From the NCBI GenBank assembly GCA_038087875.1, contig CM075981.1:1240001-1304000 (forward strand): a stretch of 64,000 bases of DNA, given 5' to 3'. Both the position numbers and the translations under genes were made by a program. Shown here piece after piece: positions 47,190 to 60,200 of the stretch; within the stretch, counting starts at the first letter, position 1, and each line of letters begins with the position of its first letter. Source of the DNA: Malacoraja senta (taxonomy: Eukaryota). The notes beneath the pieces are model-generated. The model was given only the letters and a program-made list of their open reading frames with translations, searched no databases and was not told the DNA's origin.

Positions 47190-50100
47190 AGATTCCTAGC
47201 TTGCACCACCTTAATTTTTGTCACCTCTTCTAAGATTTATTTAGTCAGCTTCGAACTATTCTTTTAACCTTTGCATGGTTTCTGCTGCTCCAGAGTCATA
47301 TTCTCTGTTAAACTATATTATATGCATTCAACTTCCTGGGAAAAAATAATGCAACAGAATGCTTCTTAATAAATGGTTGTTGTCAATAAATGGTTTATCT
47401 AATTTGTTGTGTTTAGATTGCAACTTTAGTGTTGAAGAACAGACTGCTATCAGGCTGCTGGATAATCCTCGCGTTGCCAAACATTAAAGGCGTTTAGGAA
47501 AGGCAATCAATTAATCTTTCAGACCATGCTATTCTATCAGAACAAAATTATGCAACGACATTGTTCTAAGTATCAGCCTTATTTTTCTATCCACAGATGT
47601 TGACTGACGCGTTAAGCACATCCAACATCTGCAGAACTCATTGCGGGTATGCAGTTAATTTTTAGGTAGGAAAGAACTGAAGATGCTGGTTTAAACTGAA
47701 GCTAGACATAAATTGCTGGGGTAACTCAGCGTGACAGTCGGAGATCAGGTAGGGGTAGGCAGACTGATCAAGTAGGGGTAGGCAGATTGATCGCCGAGCC
47801 TGCGCTTGTTCTCGCTTCTCGGCGATCGTTTCGCTGCACATCTCCGCATAGTCCGCCACCTGCCTGACATCCCGGTCGCTAAACACTTTAACTCCCCCTC
47901 CCATTCCCACACTGGCATTTCTGTCCCACACTGCGCATCCTCCAGTGTCAGAGTGAGTCCCAGCGCAAATTGGAGGAACAGCAACAAATATTTCGCTTGG
48001 GCAGATTACACCCCAGCGGTGGAATCATTGACTTCTCTAACTTCAAGTAACCCTTGCTTTCCCTTTCAATCCCCATCCCCCTCCTTCCCAGTTCTCCGAT
48101 CAGTCTGACAGTCTGCGACAACATTTGATCTCTAATTACTTTTTTGTTACCTTCTCCCAGCTAACAATGATCCATTCTACATTTTCTTTTGATCTGCATA
48201 CCCTTTGTCCAATTTTAACACCTTACAATTCATTTTCCAAGTAACTCCCTCTCCCCTGACTTTAGTCTGAAAAAGGTCTCGACCCGAAAAGTCACACATT
48301 CCTTTCATCCAGAGATGCTGCGTGTCCCGCTGAGTTACTCCAGCATGTTGCACAACATGTTGTCTTGATTAAGTGATTGAAAGATACAGCATGGATACAG
48401 ACCATTTGGCCCACCGAGCCCACGTCAACCAGCAATCAACCCTTTCACACGAGTTCTATATAACCCCATTTTCGCGTCTTTTGAGTACAGTAATATTGAT
48501 AAACATTTTAATGCTGCAACGAGTTATTCATTTTGTCCACCGTACAAAGGAGTTAAAGGACTATAAATAGTGGCCACGGTGGCGCAAAGGTAGAGTTGCT
48601 GCCTTTCAGCGCTTGCAGCACCGGAGACCCGGGTTCGATCCCAACTACGGGAGCTGTCAGTACGGATTTTGAACGTTTTCCCCATGACCGCGTAAGTTTT
48701 CTCCGAGACCTTAGGTTTCCTCCCACACTCTAATGACGTACAGGTGTGTAGATTAATTATAATAGGCTTGCTATAAATGTAAATTGTCCCTTGTGTGTGT
48801 AGGCTAGTGTTAATGTGTGGCGATCGCTGGTCAGTGTAGACTCTGTCGGCCGAAGGGCCTGTTTCCACGCTGAATCTCCAAATTGAACTAAAATAAAATA
48901 AAATAAACTAAACTAGTGGAAAGTATATTCTTGTGCAGGACACAATGGTTGAGTTGCAGCTTGCAAAGCGTGGGGTGTGAGACTGCAAATACATTGTGTT
49001 GCTTTCCTCAGTCTGACTTGTGACTGTAACCCCGCCCATGAGAGAACTGTGAAGGATATTGCTTGAAAATGAAAAATGGTGACCTGCAAAAACGGAGTAA
49101 CCACCATAAAGTTCGGAAAGACTCAAGGATTGCTTTGGGTAAAATGTCCCACTGCCAAAGATAAATATTCTCCACACAGTAAGCGGGGAGACGAGGAAAT
49201 GAGACCAGAGGCTACTTTGAACTCACAAACCCCCAGGTCAGGGATATCCCAGGGGTGCTGAATAGCCAGAGATACTTGCAGATTCTGTGGTCACATTGAC
49301 GCTGCCTGGCCCGTTCAAATGGAGCTTGTTAATGGTCTGATGGGAGGAATTTGAGCTTTTCCCCACTGCAGGACATCCCAAAGTGCCTCAAAGATAGTGA
49401 GAGGTAAACGGTCTGAGATGCCACAGATAGACACAAAATACTGCAGCGACTCAGCGTGATAGGCAGCATCACTGGAGGGAAAGAATGTGTGGCATTTCGG
49501 GTCGATGCCACTGTTGTTTTTAGTGGTGGGTACTGGCTTGCAATGTACTTTAATGTAATATGTTCAAACAGTAATTTATTTATTTACACTGAATTGTTCT
49601 GCAGTGCTGACACTTTGGTCACGCTGCTGAAACAAGGGTCTGCAGATTCGTATCTCTGAACCGCATCTTGCGAGCAGTTCGTTGTGACACTGTTTGCTGA
49701 GCAGTGTTTGCAGAAGTCATGAGTCAATGGCGAATGAAGACAGAATTAAATTGTTTTGCTGCATCGTCGGTTCCACTCTGCAGTGTTTTAAGTTGGGCAA
49801 GTAAACAGGAAATAGCTCTTAATACAAGATCCTTTACTGAGGGTCGCCAACGCTCAGTTAATATCAGTGGCGGATACATCAGTGTGTTATACCCATACCA
49901 CGTGATGCACAACATTGCCACTGATGTACACAACCCGAATAAACTGCACTGTTCCCCTGAAAGTACCACACCCAGAACGATAGTCCGCAGCCGATAGTAG
50001 GTTATATTATAATGCAACTAGTTGCCTGCAGAATGAAATCGTTGCAAGCAGATGTACAAAGTCAGCCAATGGAATGTACATGAACACAACTCTGATAATT

Positions 50101-51168
50101 TATTAGCTCTCTATTGCGAAGAAGACAAGTTAACAATTCAATTCACCGTGCATATTCTACCTTGCTTGAACTTCACTAAGTGTATCACTTCGCCCTTGTT
50201 TGAGTTACATTACACATGTTCTTTACATTCCACATCCCGCTTTCCCAGCTGATCTCCGTCCTGTGGTAATTCGAGACATACTTCGTCACAGTCCTCTCGA
50301 CCATTAATTTTTCATTTTCAAAACGTGAATATCATGACGGTAGTGCTTCAACGTTTGAAATGAAGAGTTGAAGCAGAGAGGAGAGGGTCTAGCTCCAATT
50401 AACCTTAGCTTATTTCAGGTGAAAAGCCCCTACTATCTAACGCCAGCTTCCTGTTTTTCCTCTTGTCAACAGTAATATGCCAAAATAAAAGTTCCAATAA
50501 TTATATTTTTGATATGCCCGTCCACTTACAAAATCATCGAAAGGGTATGATCAGGAAGTGTACACATCTTAGACGTTTCTACTCTTCTATGTGTCATATT
50601 TTATCCAAAGTATAATTGTTTACATGAAGGGTCCAGACCCGAAACATCACCTATCCATTTTCTCCAGAAGTGCTGCCTGGCCCACAGGTGCTGCTGGCCC
50701 ACATTTTTTTCTCTATCAATATTTCCACACTGTTCAGTGTTAACAGACTCTGAGTGCAGAGATAACCGCCGCTCCATCCTGACGGATACACCATACTAGA
50801 CGAAGTGGTTGAAGCAGCTGCAATAACGACATGTAACGGACACTTGGACAGGTCCATGGATAGGGAAGGTTTGGGGAGATATGGGTCAAAAGTGGGCACA
50901 TTTGACTAACTAAGATGAACACATTGGTCTCACGCATTGGGGAGAAGGGCCTGTTTCCGTGCTGTGTGACTCTGTGATCATCTGACCCAACCATTTGCGA
51001 AATATATCCCTGAGCCTTTCACACTGTAACGTGTCGAGCTGCTGCTGGCTCGCTGTGGTTCAGGGTCTGACGTCCAGTTCCCTTCTTCCTCATTGCTATT
51101 TGAGAGATGCGGTTGTATCTGAGAGCTCAAAGCTCAGCGACAGGCAGACAAGTGCTGGTTTTGTCACT

Positions 51169-51217
51169 ATGGATAAAACTATGTGGATTCGAATTCTTCT
51201 CATCTCCTCGCTACCCG
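51169..51217 (+). CDS. Gene 4 leader exon MDKTMWIRILLISSLP(G)
   Basis: CCC G|GTGAAT, 49 nt. Confidence 0.85.
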
Positions 51218-54200
51218 GTGAATGAAAGTCGGATCTAGATATTCCAATGATCAATGTAAGTTGGGGTTCCGTGCACCACTTCCACAGCACAGGTGGTTAA
51301 GTATGTGTGGACATGTAATGGGGGAAATGGAACTCAGTGCTTTGTGGTGATGGATCTGAAATCACATTTGAATATGTAGACTATGTTCGTAGTCTATATA
51401 TTCAGTGGTCTATTTGCATCACGATGATAGTTTAAATTGAGAATAGAACTGTCCCCGATGAGCAGCGGGACATTTGGCTGCCAATTCAGTATAGTATATT
51501 GTCACGTGGACCGAGGTACAGTGAAACGCTTTTTGTTGTGTGCTAACCAGCCAGCAGAAAGACAATACATGATTACAGTCGATCCTCATACAGTGCATAG
51601 ATACTTGGAAAGGAAAGTTAAAGCCAGGAAAGTCAGGTAGTCCGAGGGTCATTAAAGAGGTAGATAGGCGTTCAGCATTGCTCTCTGGTTGTTGTAGGGT
51701 GTTTCAGATGCATGATAACAGCTGGGAAGAATCTGGCGGTGTGCGTTTTTACGCTAGTAACGCTCTCCGCGAAGGGACATGCTTTATTGTAGTCCGTCCG
51801 TCCTCTGTCTTCGGCCAGGGCGTTGTAAAGGCAGTGGCGGCGGTGAATGTCTAAACACGGGTCCGGACCAGTGTCGGTTGAGAAATGAATGTTGGCAGCG
51901 CAGCCGGCGGCACTGCCAATTAAATAGTAAAGTGGGGTATTTCTGTGGGGTGAGAGGCCGGGCACCGCCTGGGATTGTTGAAAGGCAGCTCCTGCAACAC
52001 TGCCGCGCTCCCTCAGTACCGCACTGCGATCCCAGCCCAGTTTTTGCTCAGGGATCTGGAGTGGGAAGTGAACCCAAATTGTACTGACCCGGGGGCAGAA
52101 CCCTGACACAACTGGTACAATAACAGCACTGCCTGCACTTCACACCGGAGTCATTGGCCGAGAAGCAATGTGACACATCATGGAACGATTTAATCTTCAA
52201 AATGTATATGTTTCCATGAAACAGTTCATTTGCTCTCCATCTGAAATTTTCTCCCTTCAGTTTCAGGTGCATGGTGGGAAGTGAAGCATGTAAGAGGAGT
52301 TGTGGGACGAGCGCTCACAATCGATGGTCCCTATGAAGCACGGTACCGCTCAGAGACAAAATACTGGTGCCGTGGGTGGAGTCGCCGGTGTGCAGTTTTA
52401 TTGAAAACAAATGGGGTACACGGACGGAGTGGAAGCGGGTCAATCACAGATAAACCGGCACTTGGAATATTTACTGTGTGGAGGATCTTCAATATGGAGA
52501 TACAGGATGGTACAACTACGGAATTGCAACATTTTTCGAGGATCCATTGTTTCCCGTACATCTCCAAGTATCTGACGGTACGTTTCGCAGCGATTGACTT
52601 GTCGTCTCCACTGAAATGCCTGATCCATGTTTTCTCCGGGAAGGGTCAGGGCAGCACCGATATCCCGAGGCGCTGCAGCAGTGCAGAGACCTGCGGGGAG
52701 CGGGCGGGGGTCGGGAAACCCCACTCATGTTGCTCTCACCCAGTGCGGGCTCTGGCCCAATGAGCGACCACCCACTTCAAGTGGGATGCTCAGCACATTT
52801 CCCTGCCTCTGAACTGTATGAAATATCACCCTGTCGGAGGTTTGCATTCCGACTCAAACTAATAACCCGACAGATCAGTGAGAAACAAGTGTTGCTCGCA
52901 GTCTGCATACCCGGAGAATCATAAACATGGAATCAGATCCCAGAGCTCAACAGACTGCGTTCAGTCCTCCCGGGGCAGACCAGCCCGCTTCCCGCCCCCA
53001 CCTCAGGGATCAGTCACTTCTTCTCCACCCCGCTCGCTCTCTTTCCCTCTGTCCCGTCAATGCGCCCCCACCCCCAGCAGCCACTGTTCACCCACAGCCC
53101 GGCAGCCAGCCAGTCTCTCCACCCGGACATTTGCCCGGTGATAAGCAGAATAACCTCATCTTTCGCCACGTCAGCCGTCGCATACAATATTTAAACCTCA
53201 GACATTTTCGTCAACCTCCCACGGGATCCCACAACTAGCCACATCTTTCCATCTCCACCGCTTTCAGCTTACTGAAGAGACCGTTCCCTCCGCGACCCCC
53301 TGGTCTACTCGTCCCCCCCCCCCCCCCGAAGGACAGAGGTTCCAACATCACCACGAAGTTAATTCTACACTTCTAAAACGTGTTTACAACTGAGGTGGAA
53401 GTCGGGATTGTGGACTCATTATGTCAGTTCAAATATTCCCTGCATTTGTCCAACTCAACTCAATCGCAAACCCAACAATTCCTCGGAGTCTGACACTGAA
53501 CCACTGTCCTCGCTCTATCCACCCACCCCAAATCTCTCTCCATCCTCTCTCCAATCCGCGGTCCAGTCGTGCTGAATTGTCCAGGGCGAACCGGGGTCAT
53601 TGGGAATAGAACCTGTCCCCGATGAGCAGCGGAACATTTGGCTCCCAAATCAGTTTAGTTTATTGTCACGTGTACTGAGGTAGAGTGGAAAGCTTTTTTG
53701 TTGCGTGCTAACCAGACAGCAGAAAGACAATCCATGATTACAATCGATCCTGTTACAGTGCGCAGATACATGAAAAGTAAATGACGTTTAGTGTAAGGTA
53801 AAGCCATCAAAGTCTGATGAAGGGAATTCCGAGGGTCATCAAAGATGTAGATAGGCGTTCAGCACTACTCTCTGGATGTGATAGGATGATTCAGATGCAT
53901 AACAGCTGGGACGAAACTGTCCCAGAATCTAACACATCATGGAACGATTATGTTTTCTATCGTGTAATCTTCCAAATGTATCTATTTCCAGTAAACAGTT
54001 CATTTGCTCTCCATCTGAAAGTTTCTCCCCTCCATTTCAGCTACAGTGTGGGGAGAGAGGAATGTAACAGGAGTTGTGGGAAGAGCGATCACAATCGATT
54101 GTCACTATGCAGCAGAGTACCGCTCCCACACAAAATACTGGTGTAGTGGGAGGAGTCGCCAATGTACAAATATAGTGGAAACAAATGGGCAGCACGGAGG

Positions 54201-57200
54201 GAGTGGAGGAGTGTCAATCACAGATATCCCGGCACGAGGAATATTTACTGTGACTGTGGAAGTTCTTCACTCTGGAGATACAGGATGGTACAGCTGTGGA
54301 ATTACTACATCTGGCGACCATCCAATGTGTAACGTACATCTCCAAGTATCTGACGGTAGGTTTGGCAGCGATTGACTTGACGACCACTGAAAAGCCTGAT
54401 CCATGTTTTCTCCGGGAAGAATCAGGGCAGCACCGATATCCCGAGACTCCGCAGCAGTGCAGAGACCTGCGGGGAGCGGGCGGGGGTCGGAAAACCCCAC
54501 TCATGTTGCTCTCACCCAGTGCGGGCTCTGTCCCACTGAGCGGCCACACCTCAGGGATCATCACTCCCTCCCCACCCCGCGCTTTGTCTCTCTCTCCCTC
54601 TGCCCCGCCAATGCGCCCCCACCCCAGAAGCCACTGTCCACCCACCGTTGTGCACCCGGACATTTCCCCGGTGGTAAGCAGAATAAACTCATCTTTCGCC
54701 CCATCTGCCGTCGCACACAACATATAATCCCCCAAAATTTTTGCCATCTCTAGCGGAATCCCACAACTAGCCACATCTTTCCAACTCCACCGCTTTCTGC
54801 TTTCCGAAGAGACTGTTCCCTCCGCAACTCCCTGGATAACTCGTCCTCCCCGCCCCCACTCCCCCACCCACTCCCCCCTCCCCGAACCACCCCTCCCAGG
54901 TACCTTCCCCTGCAACCACAGCAGATGCAACACCTGTCCCTATATCTCCCCTCTACTCCGTCCAAGGACTCCAACAGTCTTTTCGGGTCAGTCAGAGGTT
55001 CACTTGCATCTCCTCTAACCTCACCTACTACATCCGCCCTTCCAGTTGTGAACTCCTATATATCAGCGAGGTCAAGCGCAGACTCGGCCATTGTTTCGCT
55101 GAACAACTCCGCTCAGTCTGCCTCGGCCTACGCTACTTCCCGATTGCTAAACACTTTAATTCCCCCTCTCATTCCCAAACTGACTTTTCTGTCCCAGGAC
55201 TACCTCCAGTGTCAGAGTGAGACCAAAGGCAAATTGGAGGAACTGCGCCTCATATTTCGCTTGGGCAGCATACAGCCCAGCGGTTTGAATATTGACTTCT
55301 CTAACTTCAAGTAACCCTTGCTTTACTCCGCTCCATCCCGCCCCCATGCTAGTTCTCCAATTAGATTCACTGTCCTCCTGATTATATTTTACTGATTGTA
55401 TGCCTCGTTGTCACCTTCAGCTGACAATTATCCATTCTAAAATGTCCTTGTTTTCACATCTTACCCTTCCATTTCTCTTCAGTCACACTGAACATGACTG
55501 TCAGGCTGAAGAAGGGTATCGACTCGAAACGTCACCCACTCCTTCTCTCGAGAGATGCTGCCTGCTCCGCTGAGTTACTCAAGCATTTTATGTCTCTTCA
55601 AAGCATCGTAATTTGTTTTCGCCTTTGAATTCCAAAACATTGAATTGGGGTTTTGGCACGCTGGTCTTCTTCAGTGAGAACATTCAGAACATAATTTGAG
55701 ATAATACGCCTCAGACGTGCAAATGTTGAGTCCACATTCTGGGAATTGTGTTCAGCTTTAGTCCCTCAGCTCCAAGAAAAGTGCCGTTGAGATGGACAGC
55801 GTGCAGAAAGGTTTTAGGACGACGCTGACCGGACAGGATGTGATTGACGCAGGGAGCGATTGGACAAACTCAGACTTCTTTCTTTGGTGTGGAATTGATT
55901 GAGCGAGGAACTTATAGATATGTATTAATCACGAGAAGCATGTTCATTTTCCCACGACGTGTGGGATGAGGAAGTGGAGAACAGACGTAATGGGAACTAT
56001 TTAAAGAGGGGGGAATAGTAAAGTGGCATTTAACGTAATGGCATGTTTTGTAAAGATGAGTGGCCGAAGCTGAACATAATTCGCCCAAGTTCGACCTCAG
56101 CAACATATGTACAACTGAAACATAACATCCCAACTCTGTGCTGAGGGACAACATTTTCCACACATTGGGTGATATGAGGAAGATGTTGAGGCAGTTAGAA
56201 TAACAGCAGTTAAAAATACATTTTGGACCGTTGCGTAGATTGGAATCATTGCGAGTGATAAAGGGGAAACGTGGACATATGGAAATGGTCTAGAAAGACA
56301 TGTTGGTCGGCATGAATGAGCTGTTGTGATGGGCCTCTTTCGGTTCTCTATAACTCTAACATTCTTCGGTTTCTGTGCTTCGCACACTCACAGAGATGTA
56401 GATGAGCCGGTGAGATATCAACCGGACGGTTCGGGCTGAGATAAAGGGCTGCTGAGATTTAGCAACTGTTTATTTTTTAACTGTTCATACAGGTGACTGA
56501 ATGTTTGCTCCATTCCCACAGAACCTGTTACTGTTTCTGTGCTCAGATATCTGTCAGCAGCAAATGCCTCACGTCTCGGCGGCTCAGTGTCTGTGTCCTG
56601 TGAGGCTGTCAGTGGATCCCTTCCCATCCATTACACATGGTTTGAGAAGAACGAGCATTGGGTTTCAACGATCTTGAAAAGCAATCAACTGGATCTGAGT
56701 TGTGAAATCCTCGGAGGTCAAAACCGTCAATTTTACTGCACAGCCTCAAATAAACGTGGGACAAAGTCCAGTGAAATGCTCAACGTGAAAGTCATCAAAG
56801 GAGCAGGAACGTGCAGTTATGTGACAGAAATCACCAATACAGGTGAGTGTCATTTTCCCGTGGGAATACTGTTTCACAATTCCTCTTGTGTTCTTGGAGC
56901 TGCTGCTTTTCACCTTGTTGTGATGTTCGTGGGTTTCTTGGTATTTGCAAACGGCATCATTGCAGCCACCGTGAGCTCATGGTGTGAAATGCGAGAGTTT
57001 GCTTGGGGGACTGGCAAACAATTGCCTGATGCTTTCACCTGGGAGGTGTTGAGCAATTTCAGCAAAGGAGATAAAGACCTGCACTTATCACAACAGGTTG
57101 AGTGCAATACATCAAATTGCTGCCTTCTGCCTTAAAAAAGATTTTCTGGCTGCCGCTTAAGATCTCAGAGTCAATTTGAGAAAGAGAAAGAAATGCATTC

Positions 57201-60200
57201 TGTTTGGCTCCATCATCATTTAAAACCAAGGATGTACAATTTCATGATCATGTTCATGATTTTATCTCTTTTAATTTGTGTGAATCACTGGAACTTCAGT
57301 AATCTCACAAAATTAACGTGGAATCTACTTGGACGACACTCCATCAATATAACCCTTACTTTTGTCAGATAATTTTGTATCCCAGTAGGTGTGGGAACGC
57401 TCAGATTGGAAGTCCATAAGGTAGTGTAAATGGTTTACATCAGCGAGACCAAGCGCAGCCTAGGCCAGTGCTTCTTAAACTATTTCAGTGTCATTCACCA
57501 TTGAGCCTTTATCACAAAATTGCATTCACCCTCGACTAAATGTTCTTATGTTTTTTTTTGTAATTTTCATCTTATTCTCCCTTGTGTATAATTGTTTATA
57601 CAATTTATATTGTCACATGAGCAAAAAACACAATTCACCCCAAAGTAATTTCATTCACTCTTGGGTGAACCATTCATCAGTTAAGAAGCACTGATCTAGG
57701 CCACAATTTCAATGAACACTTGTGCTTGGTCTGTCATGACCCAGAATCGCGCTTGATAGACACCCCATCCTCAACCTCCCACGCTGATACAGAGCAGCAG
57801 TACTTTGCATCATCTGCAAGATGCACTGCAGCAACTCACCAAGACTCCACCGACAGCGCCTTCCAATTGCAACAGGCTCCGTGTTCAATGCATCATTCTT
57901 CACCATTCACCCCCACATTGGCTGGGAAGCGCTTTAGAACGCCTGTGCAGATGGTGAGGGACGGTGTACAGTATCTGTCTTTCGTCGCCATCTCGGTGGA
58001 ATTCAACAGACTTAAGAAAATGATTGGGCGGACTCCCCTGTACACATTCATGTATACGATAATGTATATGTTTGTGAAAGGTTAATTTTGCTCTTCAATT
58101 TATGAAATATGTTTCCTTCAGTTTCAGGTGGACTGTGGGCAGAGAGCGAAGTAAGTGGCGTTGTGGGAAGAGCGATCTCAATCAATTGTCACTATGCAGC
58201 AGTGTACCGCTCACACATAAAATACTGGTGCACTGGGACAAGTCGTCAGTGTGCACATGTAGTGGAAACAAATGGGAATCATGGAAAGAGCAGAAGAGTG
58301 TCAATCACAGATAACCCTGCACGAGGAATATTTACTGTGACTGTGGAGGATCTTCACTCTGGAGATACAGGATGGTACAGTTGTGGAATTAGTACACCTG
58401 GCGAAGCAACATTTAAAGTACATCTCCAAGTATCTGAAGGTAGGTTTCTCAATGAGTGATTTTTTGTCTCCACTTTGGCATCCGCACAAAATATTTGGTA
58501 TGTGAGAGTCTGGTGCACAGTTCTGGTCGCCGCTTTATAAAACAAAAGATGTGAAAGGTTTGGAGAGGTTGCAGAAAAGGTTCACCCGGATATTTAGTTG
58601 TAGTTTACAAATGCAGCATGGAAACTGATCCTTTGGCTCACCGAGTCCACACCGACTAGTGATCACCGGTTACACTAGTTCTGTCATTCCACTTTCCCAT
58701 GCGCTCCCAACACACAATTGTGCAATACCGCCAATCACACACCTCATTAGTGAGGAGAAGGAGCTTTCTGACGGGCAATTTGACTGTCGCTTTGAAATGT
58801 AACATCTGAGTAGCTGACATTGTCCTCATCTGTACTGAAGTGTGTCCCTGTCGATTTCCTTCATAATTGCAGTCCTGCATACACAGTTTGATTTTGATTA
58901 GACAAACAGGCAGCATCCTTGTTGCTTTGAATGTCTGACAGTGCTGCATGAACGATGCTACCTTTTCCTGCTGGCAATTCCTGAAAGGTAAAGGAGAATC
59001 CAAGATTTTTCTGACGATTTGTCTGATTTGTGGTCAGTTTTAATCACCATGTTATAGGAAAGATGCTGTCGTTGGATAGGGTGCAGAGAAGACTTACAAG
59101 GATGTTGCGGTTAGTTGAGGGCCAGACCTTCAGGGAGGGATTGAGCTGACTGGGACTTTATTTCTTGGAGCGCAGGAAGACGAGGGATGATCTTATGGCA
59201 GGTACAATATAATGCGAGGAATAGATCGTGTAAATGCACAGGAATAGATCGTGTAAATGCACAGGAATAGATCGTGTAAATGCACATACTCTGAGTCTTT
59301 TGCCCAAAGTACGGGAATCGAGAACCAGAGGACATTGTTTTAAGATGAGGGGAAATTATTTAACAAGAACCTGGAGGCTAACGTTTTTACACAAAGGTTG
59401 GTAGGTATACGAAACAAACTGCCGACGGAAGTAGTAATGGCAGGTTTTCGCAATATTTAAGAAAAATGTGGACAGGTTCATGAATAGGATACGTTTAGAG
59501 GGTTAAGGGCCAAGCAAGTGCATGTGGAACTAGTGTAGATTGGGCGTGTTGGTCAGTGCGGGCAAGTTAGACCGAAGGGTCTGTTCCTACGCTACATGAC
59601 TCTATGACTCTATGCAGATGGATGGGTCGGTTTCCAACCTGACGGCTCTGGCTAAGGTACAGAGATGGTGGATATTTGCGAGTGTTGGATTTTCAGATGT
59701 TCACTCAGTGTCTGACTGTTTGCTCCTTTCCCACAGAACCCGTGTCTGTTCCTGTGCTTGGATTTCTGTCACCAGCCAATGAACCCTGTCTCAGCGGCTC
59801 AGTGACAGTGTCCTGTGAGTCGGTCTGGGGATCCCTTCCCATTAAGTACAGCTGGTATGAAAAGACCCCATCTGTGGATTCAAAGATCTCAGACAGCAAT
59901 GCCCTGGATCTACATTGTCAATCCTTCCAACACCAGCACCATCAATATTATTGCACGTCTTCAAATCAACATGGATTACAATCCAGTGAATTGGTCAACG
60001 TGTCCATCTCCAGCAGTGACGTGCCCTGCAGTATTCTAGCGAAAATCAATGGCACTGATAAGTAGTGGAGGGAATGAGGGGAATAAGGGGAAATGGAGGT
60101 GGGGTGGTTCATAAGATTAATGTGATAGAAGCAGAAATAGACCATTCAAATATGGCTGATCTATCTTCCGCTCTTCACCCTATTGCACTGCCTTCTCCCG

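Noticed and set aside
52616-53238. Pro/Ser-rich ORFs after each V exon (also 9270-9800, 23286-23850, 54400-54730) as hinge exons
   Set aside because: Frame, length and splice sites are not conserved among copies (deletions and stops); the GC-rich intron sequence explains the open frames
8948-58439. Rearranging Ig/TCR V segments
   Set aside because: Each V exon is a complete domain ending in a GT splice donor with no heptamer/nonamer RSS, and it has CD300/pIgR-type cysteines
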